From positions 1 to 53,288 of the forward strand of contig CAYYSG010000003.1 of NCBI GenBank assembly GCA_964474375.1: a stretch of DNA of 53,288 bases, given 5' to 3'. The first letter of the stretch is position 1. Every line of letters starts with the position of its first letter. This document shows positions 1-7,923 of the stretch, one piece after another. The notes under the pieces are model-generated. The model did no database searches. It was given only the letters and a program-made list of their open reading frames with translations, and was not told the DNA's origin. Source of the stretch: an uncultured Candidatus Saccharibacteria bacterium. Lineage in GTDB: Bacteria; Patescibacteriota; Minisyncoccia; Phycocordibacterales; UBA9973. Made by a program: the position numbers and the translations under genes.

Positions 1-55
1 GCTAGCGGGGTCCGTGCATGTAGCGAACCTGGCGCTGACGACCGGAACGGTCCAG
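1..55. repeat. Terminal overlap, identical to 53234-53288 (circular contig signature)
   Basis: GCTAGCGGGG...CGGTCCAG (55 nt) is identical at both ends. A third identical copy lies at 52751-52805. Confidence 0.9.
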
Positions 56-481
56 ACGTTGGGAAGCGTCCAGACAGTCGGAACCGGACAGGTTCTGGGA
101 ACCGTCCAGGGGTTAGCAGGAAGCGTCCATATCGCGTCCCAGCTTCCAGGCACGGTCGTCGCCCGACAGTACCAGGTATCCGAAGGGTTCTTCGGGACCG
201 TCTTTACAGCGGCGGTCACGAACGGAACGCTTATTCCGGCCCCCGGCGCGGGGACGTTCATCCGGGTCTGGGATGTCATGGTATCGGGCTCCGCCGCTGG
301 AACGGCCTTCCTGGAACTGGGCGACGGAACCCCGTTCGGGAACGTCTTCACAGCGGCCCAGGGCGGGTTCGCGCTGAACTCCCATCGCGGGGTCCGGACG
401 AACGCGGCGAACCAGGACGTCCTGTTCAATTGTTCGGCGGGGTCATGGGGCGTTACCGTCGCATGGACACGGGAAACATAG
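2..481 (+). CDS. 3' part of the repeat-rich virion fibre-like protein that starts at 51867 and spans the circular junction
   Basis: The frame continues from 53288 through the 55-nt overlap. It has the same LGTVQGLAGSVH repeats followed by a short C-terminal domain. Stop at 479-481. Confidence 0.8.
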   Translation, partial: LAGSVHVANLALTTGTVQTLGSVQTVGTGQVLGTVQGLAGSVHIASQLPGTVVARQYQVSEGFFGTVFTAAVTNGTLIPAPGAGTFIRVWDVMVSGSAAGTAFLELGDGTPFGNVFTAAQGGFALNSHRGVRTNAANQDVLFNCSAGSWGVTVAWTRET

Positions 482-484
482 CAT

Positions 485-721
485 ATGCTTCTATTGCTGT
501 TCGCAGGGTCCGGAAGCGGCCTTCCGATCCCCCCGGACTATCGGGGCCGGTCGACCGGCGCGGACCAGGACCTGGTCCTGGGCGTTACGGCGGACCGTCC
601 CCGAACGGGCGGCCTGGGCGGAACCAGTTCGCGGGTTCTGGGTCGAACAAATGACCAGGCCCGGACGGGCGGCGGCATAGCGGACCAGAACACGGTCCAG
701 GGGGGAACGACGGATGAATAA
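485..721 (+). CDS. Small hypothetical virion-module protein
   Basis: 78-aa ORF packed between structural genes; its end overlaps the next start. Confidence 0.6.
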   Translation: MLLLLFAGSGSGLPIPPDYRGRSTGADQDLVLGVTADRPRTGGLGGTSSRVLGRTNDQARTGGGIADQNTVQGGTTDE

Positions 722-1031
722 TTACGACGCGGGGGACAGCGTCCGGATGGACGTTCTGTTCACGGACGCGGGCGGGACCCCAGCGGACCCGACGCTGGTC
801 GTCCTGAACATTGTCCCGCCGCCCCAGCGCTTCGCGGGCGTGCCTGGAACGGTCCAGTATACGTACGCATCCGGGTCCATCACGAAGGCCAGCGTCGGGT
901 CTTATTACTATGACATGATCCCGGTCCCGTCTGGGACGTACGGGTTCTGGACTTATTACTTCAGCGGAAGCGGGGACGTGAACGCGGTCTTCCAGGGGGC
1001 GTTCGGCGTTCGTCAGGGGGTAACACCATGA
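714..1031 (+). CDS. Small beta-sandwich (Ig-like) structural protein
   Basis: 105 aa, YDAGDSVRMDVLFTD...GSYYYD pattern. ATGA overlap with the next gene. Confidence 0.6.
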   Translation: MNNYDAGDSVRMDVLFTDAGGTPADPTLVVLNIVPPPQRFAGVPGTVQYTYASGSITKASVGSYYYDMIPVPSGTYGFWTYYFSGSGDVNAVFQGAFGVRQGVTP

Positions 1032-1615
1032 GCCGATACGTAACCTTGACCGAACTGAAGGCCCATATGGGGATCGACGGGACGACGGATGACGCCCTGC
1101 TTCAGATGAAACTGGACGACGCGGAAGGTATTATCGAAGCGGCGACCCGGCGACAGTTCGTCGGAACCGTGGGGACCGCGTTCATAAACCGCTGGGTCGC
1201 GGACGGGCGTATCACGCAAGGGAATAAGCTCTGGTTCCGCTCTGACCTGCTGAACGTCGACCAGGTTATTCTGGGGGACGGACAGGTCGTCCCCCAGGGG
1301 TCATACTGGTTAGAACCGAATGAAGGCCCGCCCTATCGCGCTATCCGTCTGAAAACGTCGTACGTCTTCACATGGAATACGGACGCGGACATGACAGTCG
1401 CCGGAACCTGGGGATTTAGCGTTCAGCCGCCGCCGTCCATCCGGGACGCGACCGTCCGCTTCGCCGCGCATCTGTACCGGGTCAAGGATGTCGGGCCGAT
1501 GGGGGACATGATCGGCGGGGAAGACGTTGGGGCGCAACCTGTCCAGCGGGGCATCCCGACCGACGTCATGGATATTATACGGCGCTATCGTAGCCGGTCC
1601 GGGGGCGCGGTCTAG
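1028..1615 (+). CDS. Head-tail connector (gp6/gp15-like adaptor)
   Basis: YVTLTELKAHMGIDGTTDDALL...AEGIIE...TRRQF N-terminus and a WGFS..PP.IRDAT...AAHLY C-terminal pattern. Confidence 0.85.
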   Translation: MSRYVTLTELKAHMGIDGTTDDALLQMKLDDAEGIIEAATRRQFVGTVGTAFINRWVADGRITQGNKLWFRSDLLNVDQVILGDGQVVPQGSYWLEPNEGPPYRAIRLKTSYVFTWNTDADMTVAGTWGFSVQPPPSIRDATVRFAAHLYRVKDVGPMGDMIGGEDVGAQPVQRGIPTDVMDIIRRYRSRSGGAV

Positions 1616-1631
1616 CATATCCGTTCGACCC

Positions 1632-1641
1632 ATGCTATACT
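1632..1641 (+). promoter_or_regulatory. Extended -10 promoter (TGnTATACT) upstream of the glycosyltransferase cassette
   Basis: ATGCTATACT; near-identical boxes at 6292-6301 and 46717-46726. Confidence 0.6.
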
Positions 1642-1758
1642 ACGGCCCAGACGACGGACCCGTGTTAGGGGAAGTGGGTCCCCCTGACTGGGATATACTG
1701 AAGACCGGGAAGTCCTTCCCCGCTCCGTCGTTTCAATCTTTTCGCCGTTCGTGTTGAG

Positions 1759-1803
1759 AACAGCGACCAGACGCCCCAGGCGGGCATCCGGTCGCTGTTT
1801 TTT
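1759..1803 (+). terminator. Intrinsic terminator in the leader
   Basis: Stem AACAGCGACC/GGTCGCTGTT followed by TTTTGTTGTTT. Confidence 0.7.
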
Positions 1804-1814
1804 GTTGTTTGTAC

Positions 1815-1882
1815 CCGTGCATGGCTAGACTGGACGACGGTCCAGTTCGACGAAGGCGGACCCGCCCCGCCGCCATGCACGG
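1815..1882 (+). ncRNA. Candidate multi-stem cis-regulatory RNA
   Basis: 11-bp closing stem CCGTGCATGGC/GCCATGCACGG encloses hairpin ACTGGAC-GACG-GTCCAGT and a GGCGG/CCGCC hairpin. Confidence 0.45.
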
Positions 1883-1918
1883 TTAATACCAGGCGGGGAC
1901 CTAGCGGGAGGTCAGAAC

Positions 1919-3172
1919 ATGCGTGTTCTTCTGGTATCGGACGCCCCCTGGACCAGTTCCGGGTACGGGGTCCAGGTCGGGATGATCGCCCGGATGATCC
2001 AGGACCTGGGTCATGACGTCGCCATCCTGGCATCCTTCGGTCTGATGGGGTCGCCCCAGTCCTGGAACGGCATCCCCGTCTTCCCAGGCGGCATGGACGG
2101 CTTCGCAAACGATCGCATCGGCCCCGTATCACGCGACTGGGCGGCGGACGTGACAATCACGCTGAAGGACCTATGGGTCTATAGTCCCCAGAACTGGGGA
2201 CCGGGCGTCCGTTGGGCTCCAATGGTCCCCGTTGATCATGACCCCATCCCCCCGGCCCATGCGAACCTGCTTCGCGCCGCCCCCGCCTTCGCCACAATTG
2301 CCTATGCTCCGTTCGGCGTTCGCAAGCTGAAGGAAGCCGGGTTCGCGCCCCTGTACGCTCCGCATTCGTATGACCCGAACGTGTATTTCCCGATCGACCG
2401 GGCGAAGGCCCGGACGGACCTGGTCGTCGAAGACCATACCGGGCGGCGCTTACACGTCAATCCGGACGTCTTCCTGGTCGGGGTCGTCGCGGTCAATCGG
2501 GGCGGCGTTCCCAGTCGGAAGGCATGGCCCCAGCTACTGGAAGGGTTCGCCCTGTACGCCCAGTCCCATCCGGACGCGGTCCTGTACTGCCATACCTGGA
2601 AGTGTACGGACGGGGCGGAACAGGGCGTCAACCTGGTCGCCCTTGCGGACCAGTTAGGCGTTCTGGACCGGGTCGTCTTCGCGCCCCAGGAACCATACCG
2701 ATCGGGGGCGCTTGCGGACCAGTACATGCGGACCGTGTATAACGCCCTGGACGTCCTTCAGGCGACGTCGATCGGGGAAGGGTTCGGGGTCCCGACCCTG
2801 GAAGCCCAGGCATGCGGGGTCCCGGTCGTCGCGGGCGACTGGGCCGCCCAGGAAGACCTGGTCTTCGCGGGCGTTCAGCTTCCGAAGGGGGACGCGCTAT
2901 CGTTCTACGATGGACAGGCGTCCCATGCCTTTATCCCCCATCCGAAGGCGGTCGCCGGGTCACTCGCGGCCATTACGGAACGGGTCAGGGCGGACCGGGA
3001 TACGCTGAAACGGAACGCCCTTGCGGGCGCGAACGTCTTCCAGATCGCCCAGGTTCGGCCCCTATGGGATGCCGTCCTGAAGTCGCTTCAGAACCAGATC
3101 GACCAGTACCCGTATCGCGGCGTCGTCCGGGTCGTCCCGGCATCCGCCGTCTTCCCGAAGGTGAGCGCATGA
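1919..3172 (+). CDS. Glycosyltransferase family 4 (GT-B)
   Basis: MRVLLVSDAPWTSSGYG N-terminus, VVAVNRGGVPSRK and ALDVLQATSIGEGFGVPTLEAQACGVPVV (EX7E motif). Confidence 0.92.
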   Translation: MRVLLVSDAPWTSSGYGVQVGMIARMIQDLGHDVAILASFGLMGSPQSWNGIPVFPGGMDGFANDRIGPVSRDWAADVTITLKDLWVYSPQNWGPGVRWAPMVPVDHDPIPPAHANLLRAAPAFATIAYAPFGVRKLKEAGFAPLYAPHSYDPNVYFPIDRAKARTDLVVEDHTGRRLHVNPDVFLVGVVAVNRGGVPSRKAWPQLLEGFALYAQSHPDAVLYCHTWKCTDGAEQGVNLVALADQLGVLDRVVFAPQEPYRSGALADQYMRTVYNALDVLQATSIGEGFGVPTLEAQACGVPVVAGDWAAQEDLVFAGVQLPKGDALSFYDGQASHAFIPHPKAVAGSLAAITERVRADRDTLKRNALAGANVFQIAQVRPLWDAVLKSLQNQIDQYPYRGVVRVVPASAVFPKVSA

Positions 3173-4359
3173 GTACAGTCATTATTACGCCCTGGAAGAA
3201 CGGGGTCGGGGCCCTTCTGGAAGACTATAGCAGGGCCGCTGACGGGGCGATCGTCGTTACTGTGGACAATGGATCGGATGCGGCGGACGCGGACGCCCTG
3301 AAGGCGTACACGGAGCCCAGGGGGGTCTATATCCGGAACGAACGGAACCTGGGCTTCGCCGCCGCGAATAACCAGGGCTTCGCGGGGCATACCTGGGAAC
3401 CGGAAGACGTTATCGTCTTCCTGAACAGTGACGTCGCCCCGACCGGGCCCTGGCTGGAACAGGCCCATCGGGATGTCCGGGACGGATACCTGTACGGCCC
3501 GTCCCTGGGTCAGCAGTTCGTCGGGGGCATGATGGTCCCGTACCTGGAAGGATGGTGTATTGCCGCGACGAAGGCGACCTGGGACCGGCTCATCCTGAAG
3601 GGACAGGCCGGTCCCTGGGACGCGGTCAAGTATCCGAAGCCATACTGGGAAGACAACGATCTAACCCTTCGGGCCCTGGACGCGGGGATCGGCCTGGTCC
3701 AGACGGCATGGATGATCGCCCATAAGGGCGGAGCGACGGCGGGGGCCCTGGTCAAGCATGCCCAGGGATACGAAGCGAACCGGGCGACCTTCGCCCGCCG
3801 CGTTCTTCGGGCTCTGGACGTGGGGAAGGCATGGCCGGATACGCCCATCCAGGCCGCGTACCAGTTCCACGCCCAGAACCCGTCCGACATCCAGCATCAT
3901 ATCCCGACCCTGTTCGGCGTCGCCCAGGGAAACATTGTCGAACTGGGAACCCGATCGGGCGTGTCGACGGCGGCCTTCCTGGCCGGGGTCGAAGGTCGCG
4001 GCGGGTTCGTGACCAGCGTCGACATTGACCCCCAGTCCGCCCAGGTGGCAAGAGGTCATCCGAACTGGGACTTCGTCCAGGGGGATACCACGGACCCGGT
4101 CGTCGTCGCGTCGGTCCAGGCCAGGGGGCCGATCGACCTGCTTCTGGTCGACACACTCCACAACGAAGACCATGTCGCCCGCGAACTTGCGCTCTGGTCG
4201 CCCCTGGTCCGTCCGGGCGGGCGGATATGCGTCCATGATACGGAAACGTTCCCAGGGGTCCGGACCGCCGTCGAACGCTTCGTCGAACAGAGCGGATGGA
4301 CCGCCGTGTACGTCCTTCCGGGGAACGGCATGGCTATTCTGGAAAGGCCGAACACATGA
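3169..4359 (+). CDS. GT2-like glycosyltransferase fused to a class I SAM methyltransferase (Methyltransf_24-like)
   Basis: VTVDNGS, RNERNLGFAAANNQG, VFLNSD and YWEDNDL in the N-terminal half; VELGTRSGVST, IDLLLVDTLH and GGRICVHDT in the C-terminal half. Start set at the ATGA overlap at 3169. Confidence 0.85.
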   Translation: MSTVIITPWKNGVGALLEDYSRAADGAIVVTVDNGSDAADADALKAYTEPRGVYIRNERNLGFAAANNQGFAGHTWEPEDVIVFLNSDVAPTGPWLEQAHRDVRDGYLYGPSLGQQFVGGMMVPYLEGWCIAATKATWDRLILKGQAGPWDAVKYPKPYWEDNDLTLRALDAGIGLVQTAWMIAHKGGATAGALVKHAQGYEANRATFARRVLRALDVGKAWPDTPIQAAYQFHAQNPSDIQHHIPTLFGVAQGNIVELGTRSGVSTAAFLAGVEGRGGFVTSVDIDPQSAQVARGHPNWDFVQGDTTDPVVVASVQARGPIDLLLVDTLHNEDHVARELALWSPLVRPGGRICVHDTETFPGVRTAVERFVEQSGWTAVYVLPGNGMAILERPNT

Positions 4360-4619
4360 CCAGACTGGACGAACTGAAGGACGACCTGGACCTGATCTGG
4401 ACCGCGTTTTCGACCTGGGCGGGCCGGTTCTGGGGGCGCTGGAAGGACTTTGTTCTTCTGTTCTTCGCGCTATTGTTTCTGTACGTATGTGGAACCGTCC
4501 TGGGGACGGTTCAACACGATCGCCAGAAGCTGGAACTGGTCCGTTTGTGCGTCGACGCATATCCGGACCGAACGATGGAACAGTGTCAATTCATCGTCGA
4601 AACGCGGATGGGTCCATGA
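4356..4619 (+). CDS. Small single-pass membrane protein
   Basis: FVLLFFALLFLYVCG hydrophobic stretch; ATGA-coupled on both sides. Confidence 0.7.
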   Translation: MTRLDELKDDLDLIWTAFSTWAGRFWGRWKDFVLLFFALLFLYVCGTVLGTVQHDRQKLELVRLCVDAYPDRTMEQCQFIVETRMGP

Positions 4620-5794
4620 TTTACGATTGCGTAACATACTTCCAGGAACCGGACCTTCTGGAACTTCGCATGCTAGAACTGGACGGATGGGTCGACCGCT
4701 TCGTCGTCGTCGAAGGGAACCGGACCCATGCGGGGGCTCCGCGAACGTCCAGCATCCCCCAGGCCCTTCGGGACCGCTGGGGGGACCGCCTGGTCACGGC
4801 CATGATCGACCTTCCCGAAGGGGACGGCCCGACCTGGACATGGCGGCGGGAGATGGGACAGCGGAACGGCATCCGGGACGTTCTTCGGGCCCTGGGCGCG
4901 GCCCCCGACGACATGGTCCTGGTATCGGACGTCGACGAACTTCCAAATCAGTTCTTCATGTCCATCCTGTCCCAGGTTCCCCCGGACGCGGTCGCGGTCG
5001 CCCATCAGCAGTTACATTATTACGACGTCAATCATGTCAGTCCGGGCGGATGGCGCGGAACCAGGGCGACCCAGTTCGCAAACCTGGACGTTCTGGGCGC
5101 GGACGGGGTCCGCTATGCCGGGACGGAGCGGGGCGGCTTTCCGCGCATCCTGGAAGTTCCCCATGCCGGATGGCATTTTAGCTACTTCGGGGGGCTCCGC
5201 CGCATCCAGACGAAGATAACGTCGTTCCTTCATCAGGAATTCAACCTTCCGGAACATGTCGACATGTCGACGATCCATAAGCGGGTCCAGGCCGGGGATG
5301 ACGTGTACGGACGCCCGGAACAGTCGTTCCGCGTCGGGCCGGTCGACTATCCGCTTCCGTTCGCCATGTACGCCCGTCCGGGGGCCTGGGGTCACTTCTT
5401 CTATCATCAGTACCGCCCGGACTTCTGGGCGACCCTGCCGCCCCGCCTGGACGCCCAGGCCGTCTTCGACGTCCAGTCGCGTATCGTGCATGACGCCCCG
5501 AAGGACCTTCCGATCGTAATCATCGGGGACGTCGGGGCCCGCCTGACGATCGCCGTCGCATCCGTCGCGGGCTCCCGCCCGGTAATGGTCGACGCGAAAT
5601 ACAAAGCGTCCCAGGCGAAGAAGACCCGCTGGAACATCCAGGCGTACGGCCTGGGGGACCGGGTTCAGATGCGCGGCCTTCCGACGTACCACGAAACGAT
5701 CGGAGCGCTCATCCTGGACGACGACGAAGGATACCCGACCCCGTATCTTCAGCGGCGACTGGACCCGACCGGCTTCGTCGTCAAGGTGAGGTAA
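4616..5794 (+). CDS. Glycosyltransferase family 17-like (beta-1,4-GlcNAc transferase/MGAT3 type) with a degenerate Rossmann-like C-terminal domain
   Basis: MIYDCVTYFQEPDLLELRMLELDGWVDRFVVVEGNRTHAG, REMGQRN, LVSDVDE and GWHFSYFGG motifs. Confidence 0.85.
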   Translation: MIYDCVTYFQEPDLLELRMLELDGWVDRFVVVEGNRTHAGAPRTSSIPQALRDRWGDRLVTAMIDLPEGDGPTWTWRREMGQRNGIRDVLRALGAAPDDMVLVSDVDELPNQFFMSILSQVPPDAVAVAHQQLHYYDVNHVSPGGWRGTRATQFANLDVLGADGVRYAGTERGGFPRILEVPHAGWHFSYFGGLRRIQTKITSFLHQEFNLPEHVDMSTIHKRVQAGDDVYGRPEQSFRVGPVDYPLPFAMYARPGAWGHFFYHQYRPDFWATLPPRLDAQAVFDVQSRIVHDAPKDLPIVIIGDVGARLTIAVASVAGSRPVMVDAKYKASQAKKTRWNIQAYGLGDRVQMRGLPTYHETIGALILDDDEGYPTPYLQRRLDPTGFVVKVR

Positions 5795-5797
5795 CAC

Positions 5798-6277
5798 ATG
5801 GGGATTGTCCAGACCATAAACTTAATTCAGACAGTCAACGCGACCATAAGCGGGGTCCGGAAGGCCCCCCAGGTCGCCCAGTACCCGGTCAAGGCGGATA
5901 CGCCCGACCTTCCGCTGGTCTTGACTGTTCCAGCGGCGGGACAATGGCATCATTCCGGGATCGGCGGGGCGCTGAAACGCATGGACCGGGTCTATCGGAT
6001 TGTCTGCTTCCTGGAACCCCTGGGACAGAACGAACTTCCGGCCCGCTTCCAGGACAGCATGAACTTACTTCAGGCGTTCGTCGACATGTGGCTGACCCCG
6101 ACCGGAACGACCGGGTATCCGATCGCCCTTGCGGACCCGGTCAACGCGGGCGACCCCCAGGTCACGATCGCGGACGGGAACCCGCATAGTGATACCGGGC
6201 TCCGCCGCGACCTTCGCATGGGGAACGTACTCTACATGGGCTTTACTATTGACCTTCGGGTCCGGGAACTGTGGTAG
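5798..6277 (+). CDS. Tail terminator/completion-like protein
   Basis: Size, position directly upstream of the tail tube gene, and an alpha/beta pattern ending FTIDLRVRELW. Confidence 0.6.
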   Translation: MGIVQTINLIQTVNATISGVRKAPQVAQYPVKADTPDLPLVLTVPAAGQWHHSGIGGALKRMDRVYRIVCFLEPLGQNELPARFQDSMNLLQAFVDMWLTPTGTTGYPIALADPVNAGDPQVTIADGNPHSDTGLRRDLRMGNVLYMGFTIDLRVRELW

Positions 6278-6291
6278 ACACTAGCACGCCC

Positions 6292-6301
6292 ATGCTATAA
6301 T
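6292..6301 (+). promoter_or_regulatory. Extended -10 promoter upstream of the tail tube gene
   Basis: ATGCTATAAT. Confidence 0.65.
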
Positions 6302-6331
6302 CCTTCCAGCATAACCGCGACCCGTGATGAG

Positions 6332-6360
6332 GGCCGCCCCAGACTGGGGCGGCCTATTTT
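6332..6360 (+). terminator. Intrinsic terminator in the tail leader
   Basis: GGCCGCCCCA-GAC-TGGGGCGGCC followed by TATTTTGTTGT. Confidence 0.7.
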
Positions 6361-6384
6361 GTTGTCAACAAAAGGGGAAAGAAC

Positions 6385-7446
6385 ATGGGCGGAAGGAAGG
6401 AACTTCGGAGCGTACGTCTGGGCCTGGAAACGACCCCAGGGACCCCGGTCGTCCCGCGTTACATCTATCGCGGCATGGCCGACATGCCGGAAGACATGCG
6501 GGAACCCCAGATCGTCGAAGAACTGGTCGGTATCTTCGGGGGGACGGACCGTTCGTACATCCCGAAGCTGGAAGGTAGTATCAAGCTGGGTCAGACGGAA
6601 CTGACCTTCGAACAGGCCCCGCTGTTCTTCGCGGCGGCGGGCATGGGTTCAGCCGGGGGATCGGCCCAGGGCGTCAGCGGGTCCGCCGTCGACTTCCAGT
6701 TCCCCATCCCGACGAACACCCTTCCGACGACCCAGGCGTTCACGATCGAAGCCGGGGATAACGTCGAAGCCGAACAGCTTACGTACGCGCTGGTCAACGA
6801 ACTGACGTTGACGTTCCAGGGCGACGAAGCGGTCAAGGTCGAAAGTACCTGGGTCGCCCGCTCCGTGGAACGTGCGAACGCGGTCGGGTCCTTCAGCGCG
6901 GTCGGGACCCTGGTATCCCCTGCTGAAGTCATCCTGTCCGGGAAGGGTTCCGTCTTCATGAACCCGGCTGTATCGGGGGCGACCTTCGGAGCAACACGGG
7001 GGACCCCTGGAAACATCCTGGGCGGCCAGATCAGCTTTAAGAACATGTGGACCCTGAAACATCCGATTGACAGCGGACAGCTTTACTTCAGCACGGCGGC
7101 GTACGTCGGATGCGAGATCGAAGGCGAATTGACGTACGAACATTGGAACGTCGGGTCGACCGGCGCGGCGGGCTCCGCTGGACAGAAACAGGCATGGCGG
7201 GACCAGGCCGCCCAGCTCATGGAACTTCGCTGGGCTGGCGGGACCATCCCGACCGGGACGACGTATCAGAACAAGCTGCTTGACATTAAGCTCCCGATCA
7301 AGTACACGAAGTTCGACCCGCTGGACGACCAGGAAGGAAACGGGATCGTAACTGCTTCGTTCGTCAGTCACTATAACGAAGACGTTCCAGCGGCGGGGCG
7401 CGGGACCATCCAGGTCGTTCGTCGCGGTCAACTGGAACACTTGTAA
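6385..7446 (+). CDS. Major tail (tube) protein
   Basis: LGLETTPGTPV N-terminus, FTIEAGD and DDQEGNGIVTASF; lies upstream of the chaperone and tape measure genes. Confidence 0.8.
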   Translation: MGGRKELRSVRLGLETTPGTPVVPRYIYRGMADMPEDMREPQIVEELVGIFGGTDRSYIPKLEGSIKLGQTELTFEQAPLFFAAAGMGSAGGSAQGVSGSAVDFQFPIPTNTLPTTQAFTIEAGDNVEAEQLTYALVNELTLTFQGDEAVKVESTWVARSVERANAVGSFSAVGTLVSPAEVILSGKGSVFMNPAVSGATFGATRGTPGNILGGQISFKNMWTLKHPIDSGQLYFSTAAYVGCEIEGELTYEHWNVGSTGAAGSAGQKQAWRDQAAQLMELRWAGGTIPTGTTYQNKLLDIKLPIKYTKFDPLDDQEGNGIVTASFVSHYNEDVPAAGRGTIQVVRRGQLEHL

Positions 7447-7466
7447 GCAGGAAGAAGGCGGGGAAC

Positions 7467-7751
7467 ATGGCGACTATTAAGCTGGACGTGACCCTGAACG
7501 GGTCCACACGAACGATCAATGTTGATATTGACGAAATTCCGATGGGCTTCTTCGAAGACGTATCGAAGCTGGACCCGAAGGACATGGGCGGCATTCTGAA
7601 GGAATACGGCGGCATGCTGGGGTTTACGCATGAGGAAATGCGACAGATGCGGCGGGGCGACTTCATGCGCGTGCTGAACGCCATGAAGTCCATCACGGAA
7701 GGGGATGTATCCGCCGTCGTCCCCCCAGGGAACGGGCCCGGCTCCGCGTAG
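7467..7751 (+). CDS. Tail assembly chaperone (gpG-like)
   Basis: Small acidic ORF between the tail tube and tape measure genes. Confidence 0.75.
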   Translation: MATIKLDVTLNGSTRTINVDIDEIPMGFFEDVSKLDPKDMGGILKEYGGMLGFTHEEMRQMRRGDFMRVLNAMKSITEGDVSAVVPPGNGPGSA

Positions 7752-7918
7752 CACTCCGTCACGGCGGAAAGATGCATGTACGGTTCTGGGCCCTGAAGAT
7801 GGCGGAAAGCTGGGGGATGCATCCAGAAGACGTTCTATCACGTCCAGGCGGGTGGATATGGTGGAAATGGTATAGCGTCTGGGAAGCGGAAAAGTCCGCC
7901 GCCCAGTCGAAGAAGTAA
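7721..7918 (+). CDS. -1 frame extension of the tail chaperone (gpGT-like), missing from the ORF track
   Basis: Open -1 frame reading PPRERARLRVALRHGGKMHVRFWALKMAESWGMHPEDV...KK*. Candidate slippery heptamer C CCC CCA at 7721-7727. Confidence 0.65.
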   Translation, partial: PPRERARLRVALRHGGKMHVRFWALKMAESWGMHPEDVLSRPGGWIWWKWYSVWEAEKSAAQSKK

Positions 7919-7923
7919 CCCGC

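Noticed and set aside
1-55. 55-bp terminal repeat as a biological direct terminal repeat
   Set aside because: The length matches a common assembler k-mer, it lies mid-ORF, and the same 55-mer recurs at 52751-52805. It is best explained as assembly overlap within a repeat.
1919-5794. Glycosyltransferases as DNA hypermodification enzymes
   Set aside because: No hydroxymethylase, TET/JBP, modified-nucleotide kinase or phage polymerase was recognised, and the cassette is in the late structural operon. It is not excluded without nucleoside LC-MS.
6323-6360. UGAUGAG plus hairpin as a hammerhead ribozyme core
   Set aside because: The hairpin is followed by UAUUUU, not the required GAAA, and the sister copies read GUUGAG. 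A terminator fits better.
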